From Burkholderiaceae bacterium (lineage in GTDB: Bacteria; Pseudomonadota; Gammaproteobacteria; Burkholderiales; Burkholderiaceae_C), in contig JAITMV010000259.1 of the NCBI GenBank assembly GCA_031277295.1, positions 1 through 57,955 on the forward strand: a stretch of 57,955 nt of DNA, given 5' to 3'. A program made the translations under genes and the position numbers. The notes beneath the pieces were generated by a model. That model was not told the origin of the DNA, did no database searches, and worked only from the letters and a program-made list of their open reading frames with translations. Of the stretch, positions 1-14,493 are shown piece by piece (positions within the stretch are counted from its first letter, which is position 1; every line of letters starts with the position of its first letter).

Positions 1-12
1 AGGGGCGCTACC

Positions 13-258
13 GTGAAAACCACCATCGAACTGTCCGACGCCTTGCACGCACAGGCGCGGCGCTATGCCGGCGCGCACCGCATGACGATGAAGGCGCTGA
101 TCGAGCAAGGGCTGCGCAAAGTCATGGCGGAGAAAAAGACCGAGCCTAAGTTCAAGCTGCGCGATGGCAGCTTCAAAGGCGGCAGCGGCATGACGCCTGA
201 ATACCAGAATTCGACTTGGGAAGAAAAGCTTGGGATGATCTACGAAGGCCGCACGTGA
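13..258 (+). CDS. vapB: VapB-like antitoxin (ribbon-helix-helix N-terminus)
   Basis: 81 aa, MKTTIELSDAL N-terminus; its stop overlaps the PIN toxin start (GTGA, 255-258). Confidence 0.8.
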   Translation: MKTTIELSDALHAQARRYAGAHRMTMKALIEQGLRKVMAEKKTEPKFKLRDGSFKGGSGMTPEYQNSTWEEKLGMIYEGRT

Positions 259-695
259 TCGCGCTGGATACCAACCTGCTGGTATATGCGCACCGTGCTG
301 AAAACCCTTTCCATACCGCCGCAATAAAACTCGTCAACGAACTGGCCGAAAGCAAGACCGCGTGGGCCATCCCCTGGCCGTGCCTGCACGAGTTTTACGG
401 CGTCATCACGAACCCGCGCATCCATGCCGTGCCAACCCCGATTGAGGTGGCCATCAAGCAGATTGAAATCTGGCTGGAATCGCCCACGCTGCAACTGCTG
501 TCCGAAACCCCCGAGCACTGGCCGTACCTGCGCCAGTTGATCGCCAAGGCCAAGCTGAAAGGCCCGATGGTTCACGACGCCCGCATCGCCGCGCTGTGTC
601 TGGCCCACGGCGTGCGCGAGTTGTGGAGCGCGGACCGCGATTTCAGCCGCTTTTCCGGTCTGCGTGTGCGCAATCCTCTGAGAGCCTGTGAATAA
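255..695 (+). CDS. vapC: VapC-family PIN-domain ribonuclease toxin
   Basis: IALDTNLLVYA, VHDARIAA and SADRDF PIN motifs; GTG start coupled to antitoxin. Confidence 0.9.
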   Translation: MIALDTNLLVYAHRAENPFHTAAIKLVNELAESKTAWAIPWPCLHEFYGVITNPRIHAVPTPIEVAIKQIEIWLESPTLQLLSETPEHWPYLRQLIAKAKLKGPMVHDARIAALCLAHGVRELWSADRDFSRFSGLRVRNPLRACE

Positions 696-840
696 ATTCA
701 TCACGCCCGCTCATGCCGCCAAAACGCGCCCGCTCGTCGTTGCAAATGCTCGCCATAACACGAGCTATGTCTGCGCTTTGCGCCTAGATCGGGCACGTTC
801 TGGCGACCTGCTCGGACGCGCTGAATTCATTCATAGGCTC
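682..840. mobile_element. 159-bp MITE with IS5-family-like ends
   Basis: Terminal inverted repeats GAGCCTGTGAATAAATTCA / TGAATTCATTCATAGGCTC (2 mismatches); TGA duplicated at 679-681 and 841-843; no transposase. Confidence 0.75.
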
Positions 841-844
841 TGAC

Positions 845-5053
<4,209 letters not shown>

Positions 5054-5118
5054 ACGTGTAACGCGGACTCGCTCACGTCTACGTCTTTCATGGACCAGCG
5101 CGACAAGCGCGCCACTTG

Positions 5119-5559
5119 TCAAGCGTCCTGCCCCAACGCCCACCAGGACAAAAACTGTTCAGGCAAATACACCGGCAAGCGTGAAGCGCGGAATCCTGAT
5201 AAGTCGCGTGAAATGATCGCCTTGCACCCGCTGGCTTGGGCGGCGGCGTGTTGTACGGCATCTTCATAATCGCCGAATCCCGCCGCCAGCGCGTCTTGCA
5301 ACACCGCGCCATCGACCGGCGCCACATCGAAGGTTTGCAGCAACCGCGTGATTTGTGACTGCGTCGCGGCCTGTCCCACGGCCTTGGCCACGAGGTACTC
5401 CACGGTGGTGAATGTGGTGGCGCAAAGCAAACCCCGCAGCGCCTTCTGGTCGGCCAGGGACGCCACCTGCGCCGATGCCGAAAAATGCGCCGGACGCTTC
5501 AACAGCACGTCCAGCACGACATTGACATCGAACAGCACCCTGTGCGGCGCGGGCTTCAA
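5119..5559 (-). CDS. PIN-domain toxin
   Basis: VLFDVNVVLD, DYEDAVQ and ISRDLSGF motifs; overlaps upstream antitoxin stop. Confidence 0.85.
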   Translation of the reverse strand: MKPAPHRVLFDVNVVLDVLLKRPAHFSASAQVASLADQKALRGLLCATTFTTVEYLVAKAVGQAATQSQITRLLQTFDVAPVDGAVLQDALAAGFGDYEDAVQHAAAQASGCKAIISRDLSGFRASRLPVYLPEQFLSWWALGQDA

Positions 5560-5843
5560 CGCGAGGCACTCCCCAGGTATTTTTCCTCACGATGACGCCG
5601 GTAGTCATCAATGGCGGCCTGGGCGCTTGGAAACGCGCCTTTCAGCACACCCAGCATGGAGCGAACCCTCGGCGTCAATTCGACTTCAACGACACCCTCA
5701 GGCGTCTTCGCCAAGTCGTTGTCCGGCAGCAAGGCGAAATAGTCCTCCACCAGCCTGGAAACAGATTTACCTGTCAAGGCGGCATAACGCTTGGCGCGCT
5801 CGATGCGCCCTTCATCCAACCGCAGGGTGAGTTTGGCGTTCAT
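5556..5843 (-). CDS. DUF6364-like antitoxin
   Basis: MNAKLTLRLD...AKRYA...KSVSRLVEDYF; C-terminal YRRHREEKY; directly upstream of PIN gene. Confidence 0.8.
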   Translation of the reverse strand: MNAKLTLRLDEGRIERAKRYAALTGKSVSRLVEDYFALLPDNDLAKTPEGVVEVELTPRVRSMLGVLKGAFPSAQAAIDDYRRHREEKYLGSASR

Positions 5844-5990
5844 GTGCTCTGTCCACGTGACGTACAAAAACGATCTTAATTGTGCGTCATACCTATTTCG
5901 TCAACGTTCACCCGTTTCACCGAAACCCTTGCATCGGCGCATTCTCGATGCGTGGGGTTTCTTTACCTCGCGGCAAGGGTGCTGGATCAA

Positions 5991-6689
5991 TCAAGGGCAA
6001 TTCGTGGGCAACGTCGTGCGGTGCATCGGCAGATCCGACATCGCAAACGCCGCGTTGGCCGGTGACGGTATGCGCAGGTGATAGCAACCCAAAGAAGTCG
6101 TCACGCGGGCGTTGATTGATCCATCGTTGCCCCGGCTTTCGGTTGCCGTGGTGCCGCTCCCGCTCACACCTGTGGGGGATGATCGATCCAAACCCAGTCG
6201 TTGCTGGGCCTGGTGCGCGATGCTGGGCGGCGGATTGAACTTGGGCGGCAGCGCCAAGTCAACCTGATTTCCCACCCCACCGCCACCAGCTTGAAAACCG
6301 CTTGATGTGGTCGATCCATCACCCGCATCGGTTTGCATCGACGAGGCGTCGGCGGCCTCTGAAGGCATGGGTTGCTCGGGCGCGGCCACCGGTTCAGGCG
6401 CTGCCGTGCGCCGTCGCGGGGTCGCTGTGATCGATGGGGAATCGGCGCGCGCACGCCTGGCTGGTGTTGTAATCGGCGCGGCGGGCTGCACTTGATCGGC
6501 GACGACTGGCGGTGGCTCAACCCTTGGTGGCGGCGCGGGCATGGCCACGCGGCCCAACAGAATTGACGGCGGCGCTTTGTGTGCAGGCGCGTGCCGGAGC
6601 AAATGCGCCCGCAGCCAACTCAACACCCCCAGATGCGCCAGCAGTACCCCGCCGATGAGCATGAAACGCCATGCATATTCCCGCCTCAT
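5991..6689 (-). CDS. Hypothetical membrane-anchored Pro/Ala-rich protein
   Basis: N-terminal hydrophobic helix, Pro-rich linker, C-terminal Cys pair. Confidence 0.55.
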   Translation of the reverse strand: MRREYAWRFMLIGGVLLAHLGVLSWLRAHLLRHAPAHKAPPSILLGRVAMPAPPPRVEPPPVVADQVQPAAPITTPARRARADSPSITATPRRRTAAPEPVAAPEQPMPSEAADASSMQTDAGDGSTTSSGFQAGGGGVGNQVDLALPPKFNPPPSIAHQAQQRLGLDRSSPTGVSGSGTTATESRGNDGSINARVTTSLGCYHLRIPSPANAAFAMSDLPMHRTTLPTNCP

Positions 6690-6889
6690 TCTCGGGCCAC
6701 CCACCGGCGCCTGCGCATCGGCGCATTCCCGATCACACGGTCGTCAGCCTCGGGCGCGATGGCGTTCGTGGCCTCGTCGTGCGTCAACCACGGCGTCGCC
6801 TTGATGTCCGGCGTGGCCGAAAGCGCCTTGCTGCGCCACTGCCGGCGGGCAGGCGGGTTGTCGTCAATGATTGCCACTTCTTCGTACAT
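6686..6889 (-). CDS. Small hypothetical protein
   Basis: ATGA overlap with the 6689 start suggests translational coupling; no motif. Confidence 0.3.
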   Translation of the reverse strand: MYEEVAIIDDNPPARRQWRSKALSATPDIKATPWLTHDEATNAIAPEADDRVIGNAPMRRRRWVARE

Positions 6890-6967
6890 CGCGCGCATCG
6901 TACAGCGGCGCTTCGTACAACGGTACCATTGCGCCCCGTCTTCGGCGTTTTATCCAAAGGAGCAAAG

Positions 6968-7582
6968 ATGCGTTTGCGCTTATGGCTGCTGGCCTTGCTT
7001 GCGGCATTCACCTTATCCGGCTGCGGCTACAACACCTTCCAGACCGCTGATGAACAGACCAAGGCGTCCTGGGCCGAGGTAGTCAACCAATACAAGCGGC
7101 GCGCCGATCTCATACCGAACCTCGTCAACACGGTGAAAGCCTATGCCGAGCACGAACAACAGGTTCTGCTTGGCGTCACCAATGCGCGGGCCAAGGTCGG
7201 CTCCATTCAGGCCAGCCCGGAGTTGGTCAACAACCCCGAGGCGTTCGAGAAGTTCATGGCGGCGCAGCAAGAAATGTCGTCCGCGCTGGCGCGCCTGCTG
7301 GTGGTGTCGGAGAACTATCCGCAACTCAAGGCCGATCAGAACTTCCGCGACTTGCAAGCGCAGCTTGAAGGCACCGAAAACCGCATCACGGTCGCGCGCC
7401 AGCGCTATATCGATGCAGTGCGGGCGTACAACGTGGCGGTGCGCTCTTTCCCAAGCAATCTGACGGCGATGATATTCGGCTACAAGGTCAAACCGTCGTT
7501 CACGGTCGAGGACGAAAAAGCGATTGCCGAGCCGCCCAAGGTTGATTTCGGCGGCGGTGTTCCCGCGTCAGCGGCGCGGTAA
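6968..7582 (+). CDS. lemA: LemA family lipoprotein
   Basis: LSGC lipobox; QYKRRADLIPNLV, ENYPQLKA and LEGTENRI motifs. Confidence 0.95.
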   Translation: MRLRLWLLALLAAFTLSGCGYNTFQTADEQTKASWAEVVNQYKRRADLIPNLVNTVKAYAEHEQQVLLGVTNARAKVGSIQASPELVNNPEAFEKFMAAQQEMSSALARLLVVSENYPQLKADQNFRDLQAQLEGTENRITVARQRYIDAVRAYNVAVRSFPSNLTAMIFGYKVKPSFTVEDEKAIAEPPKVDFGGGVPASAAR

Positions 7583-8533
7583 ATGCTGGTGCGGCCTGGG
7601 TGCGGTGGCTTGGCGGGCTTGAAGGCCTGGTTCGGCGCGACGGGTGTGCGCAGCACCTGTTTCGCGGCTTGGCTGGCGCGCCTGCTCCTCGTGGCGGCGG
7701 CGGTTTGTTGGGCGGTGTTCGCCGTCGCGCAGGCGCCGGTGCCGGCGCTGACCGCGCGCGTAACCGACCTCACCGCGACGCTCAGCGCGCAGCAGCGCCA
7801 GGCGCTTGAAACCCGGCTGGCCGAATTCGAGCAAAGCAAAGGCGCGCAGATTGCCGTGCTGCTGGTTCCGACCACCCGGCCCGAAACCATTGAACAGTAT
7901 GCGCGGCGCGTCCTCGACCAATGGGAGCTTGGTCGCAAGGGCGTTGATGACGGCGCGCTGCTGCTGGTGTCGATGAACGACCGCGAGTTGCGCATTGAAG
8001 TCCAGTACGGCCTCGAAGGCGTGCTGCCCGACGCCATCGCTAAACGCATCATCGACGAAATCGTCGCGCCACGCTTCAAGCAGCAGGACTTCTATGGCGG
8101 CATCTCCGCCGGCATCGAACGCATGATCGGCGTCGTGGACGGTGAGGCGCTGCCGGCGCCAGCGGCGCCGGGTGGCCGTCATCGGCAGGCCGGCGGCGTA
8201 CCGACGGATTCGCTCATTCCGCTGGGATTCGTGCTGGTGTTCGGGGTTGGGGCGTTTCTGCGCTCGCTATTTGGCCGTTTTCCGGGTGCGTTAGTCACGG
8301 CTGGAATCGGCGGCATTGCGGCATGGTTTATCGCCGGCTCAATCATCGGCGCGGTCATTGTCGCGCTGCTGGTGTTCGTGCTCACGGGTGTCATCGGGCT
8401 TGGCGGCATGAATGCGATGCGCGGCGGTTGGCCTGGTGGTTCCTGGGGTGGCGGGGGGGGCTGGTCGGGCGGTGGCGGCTGGTCCGGTGGCGGTGGTTTG
8501 GGCGGCGGCGGCGGCGCTTCGGGACGTTGGTGA
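7583..8533 (+). CDS. TPM-domain (YgcG-like) membrane protein
   Basis: RIEVQYGLEGVLPD motif, TM helices, Gly-rich tail ending GGGGASGRW; start may lie further downstream. Confidence 0.9.
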   Translation: MLVRPGCGGLAGLKAWFGATGVRSTCFAAWLARLLLVAAAVCWAVFAVAQAPVPALTARVTDLTATLSAQQRQALETRLAEFEQSKGAQIAVLLVPTTRPETIEQYARRVLDQWELGRKGVDDGALLLVSMNDRELRIEVQYGLEGVLPDAIAKRIIDEIVAPRFKQQDFYGGISAGIERMIGVVDGEALPAPAAPGGRHRQAGGVPTDSLIPLGFVLVFGVGAFLRSLFGRFPGALVTAGIGGIAAWFIAGSIIGAVIVALLVFVLTGVIGLGGMNAMRGGWPGGSWGGGGGWSGGGGWSGGGGLGGGGGASGRW

Positions 8534-8535
8534 AC

Positions 8536-9036
8536 ATGCAGTTGTTGCGCGCCCTCAAACATCTATGCACGCCCGGATTCGTGGCGCTAAAACCCTTTCC
8601 CGCGCCGGTGCTGGATAAGATCGAACAGGCGATTCGTGAATCGGAAAAAACCCATGCTGGCGAGCTGCGCCTTGCCTTCGAAGGCGGCATGGAACCCATC
8701 GACGTGCTGCGCGGCATGAGTGCGCGCGAGCGCGCCTTGCAGTTGTTTTCCCACCTTTGTGTGTGGGACACGGAGGGCAACAGCGGGGTACTGGTCTATT
8801 TGCAACTCGTCGATACCCGCATCGAAATCGTTGCTGATCGTGGGATCAATCGTCGGGTCGAACAAAGTGAGTGGGACGCGATCTGCCGACGCATGGAAAC
8901 AGCCTTTCGCGCTGGAGACTTCGAGGCCGGCGTGTTAACAGCCATCGACGACATCACGCGCCTGCTCAGCATGCATTTTCCGCCCTGCGCGGGCAATCCA
9001 GATGAATTGCCAGATCGGCCGCTGGTCATCATCTGA
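8536..9036 (+). CDS. TPM-domain protein
   Basis: WDTEGNSGVL, IVADRGI and NPDELPD motifs; usual third gene of lemA operons. Confidence 0.9.
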   Translation: MQLLRALKHLCTPGFVALKPFPAPVLDKIEQAIRESEKTHAGELRLAFEGGMEPIDVLRGMSARERALQLFSHLCVWDTEGNSGVLVYLQLVDTRIEIVADRGINRRVEQSEWDAICRRMETAFRAGDFEAGVLTAIDDITRLLSMHFPPCAGNPDELPDRPLVII

Positions 9037-9237
9037 AGACGGCAAGAGCGGCGAGCGCGTAGCGCGACCATCCAAAAGGTGAAGGCCACCGAAGCCCTGA
9101 AACCTGAATCCGTGACCCAAAAAGTTTCTTAGACCCCTGTTGTGCGCGGCGCTCGCGGCAGAAAAGAGACTGCGCTACAAGGTGAACGAAGACAGCAAAA
9201 TTTTTGTTTTTCATTCTTGTCATCCCTGCCTGCCCCT

Positions 9238-9284
9238 CGTCATCCCCGCGAAGGCGGGAGTGATGCGGGGTGCGCGGGAATGGC
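9238..9284. repeat. Degenerate REP doublet
   Basis: CGTCATCCCCGCGAAGGCGGGA followed by inverted remnant GCGGGAATGGCG; related copy at 17786. Confidence 0.6.
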
Positions 9285-9432
9285 GACAGAGGAGGTTTTG
9301 CGCCGCGCGGCACCTCCCGCGGAAATTGATATTGATCCGATAAAAGCCTGGGGGTTTTCGTCACCCATGGTGCCCCCGAAACATCAGCGTTCATGCGGAT
9401 CAGAGTTGTTTTAAAAGGGCTGACTTTGTAAA

Positions 9433-10233
9433 TTAGCTCTCGTTGACGCTGGTGGTGGTGAATTTAGTTGATCCAAAAATTTCCGACTGGCTAATTGCCG
9501 TGGTCGGCCGATTTGGCAAGCTGGTGAAAATTTTATAAACCAGTTCAACCAGACCATAGTTCTCCCGAGAAGAAATTGCACATAGCTGTGCTCTGGGCAG
9601 GTTGAACAGGTGTTGCACGCTTTTTATTTTTAGTTCAATATTTTTTCGCTGCTCTTGGCTAGGCTCAATCCGTTCTGTGTTCCAGTGTCTAGCTGGATCA
9701 ATTTTGTCGATCTGGCTTATGACAAAAATTACGGGGATGTTTTCTCTGTGTTCGGTTTGCTGAAAGATGTGGCGGCAGATATTAAGATGGTTGTCATAAT
9801 AAGTCCGGTCATCACCTTTCAGTACCCATAGAAATAAATCCAGGTATCGTAGTGAATCTTTATACAATTCCAGTAAATCTTTTTCGCTCCAGTCATCAGT
9901 GTTTGCGCCAATGCCCGGAAAGTCGACGAGAGTAAGACTGGCATGATCTTTTTTTGCCAGAGGAACGATCTGTGGATTGCGTGTGCATACATCAACCATT
10001 CCGACTTCTGCAACTTGGGCGCCTGCGAGCGCATTGCAAAGAGATGATTTTCCTGCCCCCGTCATGCCGAGAATACCTATTTTTGCATCATAATTAATGA
10101 AATTATCAATCGATCCAAATAGCTTCCCTCGTTGATCGCCAGCGAGTTGATTGGAGATGGAGTTGAAAAATGTAGTGGCCTGATCGACAATATTCAGGTC
10201 ATTCGATTTTCCGTTTTCTGGTGAACTTGACAT
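9433..10233 (-). CDS. Era/HSR1-like GTPase (YeeP/YfjP-like)
   Basis: G1 GMTGAGKSS, G2 CTR, G3 DFPG, G4 QIDK; visibly AT-rich; alternative start 10305. Confidence 0.8.
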   Translation of the reverse strand: MSSSPENGKSNDLNIVDQATTFFNSISNQLAGDQRGKLFGSIDNFINYDAKIGILGMTGAGKSSLCNALAGAQVAEVGMVDVCTRNPQIVPLAKKDHASLTLVDFPGIGANTDDWSEKDLLELYKDSLRYLDLFLWVLKGDDRTYYDNHLNICRHIFQQTEHRENIPVIFVISQIDKIDPARHWNTERIEPSQEQRKNIELKIKSVQHLFNLPRAQLCAISSRENYGLVELVYKIFTSLPNRPTTAISQSEIFGSTKFTTTSVNES

Positions 10234-10530
10234 TCTATGTCCTTTCTTCTGTTTCAACTGAGGCCAAAATGCAGTCTTGCTGCTGGAGTGCTTGTTCGGA
10301 AACATGAGGTTGTCTCAAGATAGGCTGGCCAAGGAATCTCTGATTAATTCCGCTCGTTCTGAAGGTCTGTCGAAGGGCATCCCCACGAAAATCAAGAACA
10401 ACGACCAAGCTTGGCCGAACGGTAGCGAATTGTTCAGAGGTTCCCTAAGTCGGGGGCCTGGATGCGCCGCCCTTCTAGGAAAGGCGGATGATAGATGAAG
10501 ACAGGATTGTTTGGCGGAAGAAATGGATTG

Positions 10531-10566
10531 TTTACAAATTTTTATAAAGTTGTATGCATTTGTAAA
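10531..10566. promoter_or_regulatory. AT-rich inverted repeat, candidate operator
   Basis: TTTACAAAT-N18-ATTTGTAAA between the divergent GTPase and MATE genes. Confidence 0.35.
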
Positions 10567-10911
10567 AAAAATGTAAAAATGATTCTATATGCATCAATGT
10601 CGCGGCGATCATCATGCAAATGGCAACTGGCCGTTTATTGTCATGATGCGGTGTTCGACAGGCAGGCATACCCGCTCGCGTATCGCTGCCGGTGGTCTTG
10701 GTGCGCCCAAGCGCTGCCCCGTGCGCATGGCTTGGCACTGGCGCGAGTGGACGTGTTGCAAGTCGTTTGAATTGGCGCGATGCGCTGTCTTCAGCCCAAT
10801 TGTTCAAATAGACGCGGCAAGCGGCGCTTGGCGATCAGGGGCTGGTCTTCGCGGCGTCGGCGATCTTGTTTTTTGCGTCCAACGCTTGATGTTCCTGCCA
10901 CAATCCGCGCC

Positions 10912-12291
10912 GTGATTTCTCCATCTGCCAATGCCGGTTGCTTCCAGGGTGATTTCCGAGCCATCGCCGTTCACGCCTGTACGGTGTTTGTCGGGCAGAT
11001 GGCGGTCATGGGTTTCGGCGTCGTCGACACCATCGTCGCCGGTCGGCATTCGGAGATGGCGCTGGCGGCGCTGGCAGTCGGATCGGCGATGTTTGTCACT
11101 GTGTACGTGCCGCTGATGGGCTTGGTGCAAGCGCTATTGCCGGTGTGGGCCGAGTTGCATGGTGCGCGCCGGCCGGCCGAGGTCGGACATTCAGCGCGGC
11201 AGGCGCTGTACGTCTGCGCGGCAGCCAGCGTGCTGGGCATGGCGGTGTTGTTTCACCCTGGGTTGCTGCTGAGATGGACCGGGGTGCCGGCTGAGTTGCA
11301 ACCGCTGGCGCGCCAGTATTTGGCGGTGGTCGGCTGGAGTCTGCCGGCCGGACTACTGTTTCGCGCCTTCAGCACGCTCAACCAGGCGTTGGGCCTGCCG
11401 AGGCTGGTGACTTGGCTGCAAGTGGTGGCGCTGGGCGTCAAGCTGCCGCTGTCGGTTTGGCTGACTTTTGGCGGCGCGGGCGTGCCGGCGCTGGGTGTGC
11501 TCGGCTGTGCCTGGGCAACCTTCACGGTCAACCTGGTGCTGTGTCTGTTGGCGCTATGGCTGCTGCGCACGCGGCCGCTGTACGCGCCCTTGGCGTTGTG
11601 GCGTGCGCTGGAGCGGCCGCATCCGCCCACGCTACGAGCGTTCGCGCGGCTGGGTGTGCCGGCAGCGCTCGGCATTTTGGTGGAGGTAACTTCATTCACG
11701 CTGATGGCGTTGTTCGTGGCGCGGCTGGGCGTTACCGCGGCCGCAGCGCACCAGATTGCCGCCAATGTGGCGGCGTTGCTGTACATGGTGCCGCTGTCGC
11801 TGGGGGTGGCCGCCAGCGCGCGCGTCAGCTATTGGCGCGGCGCGGGCGAGCAAGCGCGTGCGCGTCATTTGGCCTTGCAGGTGTTTCGGGCCACGGCTCT
11901 GAGCGGTGCTGTGCTGGCGGTATTGATTTTCATGGCCAAGGCAAAGATAGCCTCCGTTTACACCCAGCAGGCTGGCGTGGCTTTGCTGGCGACGCAACTG
12001 CTGGGTTGGGTGGCGCTGTATCACTTGGCCGACGCAGCGCAAACCGTGGCCGTTTTTGTGTTGCGCTGTTGGCGCGTGACGTTGGCGCCGCTGCTGATCT
12101 ATGGCGTGTTGCTGTGGGGCGTAGGTCTGGCCGGCGGCTATCTGCTGGCCTACCGAGGCTTAGGGCCGTTGGCGCCTTTGCAGTCACCCGCCGCTTTTTG
12201 GCAAGCTGCTGCCGCGGCGCTGCTGCTGGCGGCGTTTGCGCTGGGCGGGATGCTGCACTGGGTCAGTGGTCGTGATTTGAGGCATTGCTAA
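10912..12291 (+). CDS. MATE family efflux transporter (NorM-like)
   Basis: GVVDTIVAGR, ALAVGS and AAHQIAAN motifs; many TM segments; start approximate. Confidence 0.9.
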   Translation: MISPSANAGCFQGDFRAIAVHACTVFVGQMAVMGFGVVDTIVAGRHSEMALAALAVGSAMFVTVYVPLMGLVQALLPVWAELHGARRPAEVGHSARQALYVCAAASVLGMAVLFHPGLLLRWTGVPAELQPLARQYLAVVGWSLPAGLLFRAFSTLNQALGLPRLVTWLQVVALGVKLPLSVWLTFGGAGVPALGVLGCAWATFTVNLVLCLLALWLLRTRPLYAPLALWRALERPHPPTLRAFARLGVPAALGILVEVTSFTLMALFVARLGVTAAAAHQIAANVAALLYMVPLSLGVAASARVSYWRGAGEQARARHLALQVFRATALSGAVLAVLIFMAKAKIASVYTQQAGVALLATQLLGWVALYHLADAAQTVAVFVLRCWRVTLAPLLIYGVLLWGVGLAGGYLLAYRGLGPLAPLQSPAAFWQAAAAALLLAAFALGGMLHWVSGRDLRHC

Positions 12292-12644
12292 ATACAGTGC
12301 GGACAGCGCGATCCGCGCGACATGTCTGAGCGGTAATGCCGAACTGCGAGGACTGCGATTGTTTTGCAGGGAATGCGGCCTTCGGAAGGCAAAGCCATGC
12401 GCACTTTGTTGGGAAAGACTAACACTTGCTCGCCGCGGGCACCTCCATCCATGCGATAATGCATCCCGCTTGCGGGCCACCAGTTCACCGCAATGCCAGC
12501 CCTTTTTGCTGGGGCGTCCTGGAGCAACATCGGCCAGGCGTCCGATTTCAGAAGAACCCCCTTTTTGTCCCACTGACTGGCCGGCATCCGCCGGAGCGGG
12601 CAATGAAGCCGTGACGTCGAGCCTTAAACCGGCGTCTCCGATCG

Positions 12645-14438
12645 ATGAACTTTGAAGATCTGAACCTGGCTCCGGCCATATTGCGGGCCGTGCAAGAGCA
12701 GGGCTATACCCAGCCCACCCCCATCCAGGCGCAAGCCATTCCTGTGGTGTTGGAGGGCCACGACCTGCTGGCCGGCGCGCAGACCGGCACCGGCAAGACC
12801 GCGGGCTTTACCTTGCCCATGCTGCAATTGCTGTCTGGCCGTCCGCCGACGCAGCTTGGCGCCATCCGCGCCTTGGTGTTGACGCCCACGCGCGAGTTGG
12901 CCGCGCAGGTGGAGGATGCCGTGCGCACCTACGGCAAACATTTGGCGCTGACCTCCACCGTCGTGTTTGGCGGCGTCGGTTTGAATCCGCAGATTGATCG
13001 CATTGCCCAGGGCGTGGATATTCTGGTGGCCACGCCGGGCCGCTTGCTTGACCTGCATGGCCAGGGCTACCTTGATTTGTCGCGGGTCGAAATTTTGGTG
13101 CTCGATGAAGCCGACCGTATGCTCGACATGGGCTTTATCCATGATGTGAAGAAGGTGCTGGCGCTGCTGCCGCGCGACAAGCAAAGCTTGCTGTTTTCGG
13201 CCACCTTCAGCGACGATATCCGAGAGTTGGCTGCCGGTCTGCTGAAAAAGCCCAAGAGCATTCAGGTCACTCCGCCCAACACTACCGTCGAACGCATCGC
13301 TCAGTTGATCTATCCGGTGGGCCGTGACCGCAAGAAAGACGTGCTCGCGTATCTGATCAGCGAAGGCAACTGGACTCAGGTGCTGGTATTCACGCGTACC
13401 AAGTTCGGCGCCAACAAGGTGGCCGACTTTTTGAACGCGCAGGGCATCAAGGCCATGGCGTTGCATGGCAACAAAAGCCAGACCGCGCGTACCCAGGCGC
13501 TGGCCGAATTCAAAAGCGGCGAATTGCGCGCCCTGGTCGCCACCGACATCGCCGCGCGCGGCATCGACATCGACGATTTGCCGCACGTGGTCAACTACGA
13601 CATTCCCAACGTCCCCGAGGACTACGTGCACCGTATCGGCCGCACCGGTCGTGCTGGCGCCAGCGGCCAGGCCGTCAGCTTGGTGTGCATGGACGAAGAA
13701 GGCTTCATGCATGAAATCGAGCGTTTCACGCGCCAGCAAATCCCGGTGGAAATCCTCGACGGCTACGGCCCCGTGCCTGGCGAACGGGCCGAACCTATCG
13801 CCATGGGCCGTCAGACCTTGTGGGGCGGCCTGGGCAAGCCGCCCAGCCGCGAAGTCATGCAAGCCGCTGCTCGCGCTGCGCGGCAAGAGATGATGCAGCG
13901 CATTCGCGAAAACAAAGCCGCCCAAGGTTCGCACGGCGGTTGGGGTCAGCGAGTCCCGCGCGCTGAAAACGCCGAAGGCCAAGATGAAGGCGAATCGGCA
14001 TTGAGCGCCGACGGCACGCTCATCAAAAGTGTTCCGCAAGAAGAGCGACTGCAAGGCGGCCTGCGCACCCCGCGTAACAACCGCCGCCGCCGCGCGCGCA
14101 GCGGCGGCCAAGGTATGCCGCAACAAGGACCGCGCCAAGGCGGACAAAACCAGCCGCCACCACCACCACCACGGGCCACGCGCGAGTTTGGCTTTGATGA
14201 CGAAGATGATGACCGCGACCTAGAGCACTTGCCGCGCAACATCGACCCCCTGCAAACCAATTTGCATGGCCGCCGCAATACCCCGCGCGGCCCCAGCCAC
14301 GGCGCCGCCGGCCAGCCCGACCCGATGCGCACCAGTATCGACCTGATGGGTAAAAGCAAAGGAAATGGCGGCGGTGGCGGTCGTGGCGGCAAGCGCAACC
14401 GGGGAGGCAACTACGGCGGTCGCAATCCTGGCCGTTGA
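12645..14438 (+). CDS. rhlE: DEAD-box RNA helicase, RhlE-like
   Basis: Q motif [38 protein letters not shown]; long low-complexity tail. Confidence 0.92.
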   Translation: MNFEDLNLAPAILRAVQEQGYTQPTPIQAQAIPVVLEGHDLLAGAQTGTGKTAGFTLPMLQLLSGRPPTQLGAIRALVLTPTRELAAQVEDAVRTYGKHLALTSTVVFGGVGLNPQIDRIAQGVDILVATPGRLLDLHGQGYLDLSRVEILVLDEADRMLDMGFIHDVKKVLALLPRDKQSLLFSATFSDDIRELAAGLLKKPKSIQVTPPNTTVERIAQLIYPVGRDRKKDVLAYLISEGNWTQVLVFTRTKFGANKVADFLNAQGIKAMALHGNKSQTARTQALAEFKSGELRALVATDIAARGIDIDDLPHVVNYDIPNVPEDYVHRIGRTGRAGASGQAVSLVCMDEEGFMHEIERFTRQQIPVEILDGYGPVPGERAEPIAMGRQTLWGGLGKPPSREVMQAAARAARQEMMQRIRENKAAQGSHGGWGQRVPRAENAEGQDEGESALSADGTLIKSVPQEERLQGGLRTPRNNRRRRARSGGQGMPQQGPRQGGQNQPPPPPPRATREFGFDDEDDDRDLEHLPRNIDPLQTNLHGRRNTPRGPSHGAAGQPDPMRTSIDLMGKSKGNGGGGGRGGKRNRGGNYGGRNPGR

Positions 14439-14455
14439 CCGGGGGCCAACAAGCG

Positions 14456-14493
14456 TGGCGCGCCCGGAAATTTGCGCGCGCCGCGGCGTTTTT
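14456..14493 (+). terminator. Putative intrinsic terminator between convergent genes
   Basis: GC-rich hairpin GTGGCGCGC...GCGCGCCGC followed by a T-run. Confidence 0.45.

Noticed and set aside
8420-8530. GGC/TGG-rich tandem repeats
   Set aside because: Ordinary Gly-rich tail of TPM-domain proteins.
12480-12644. Possible structured leader or riboswitch upstream of the rhlE-like gene
   Set aside because: Some pairing potential, but no motif I can recognise; needs an Rfam search.
12624-14147. 507-aa minus-strand ORF
   Set aside because: Antisense shadow of the DEAD-box helicase in high-GC DNA; no motifs.
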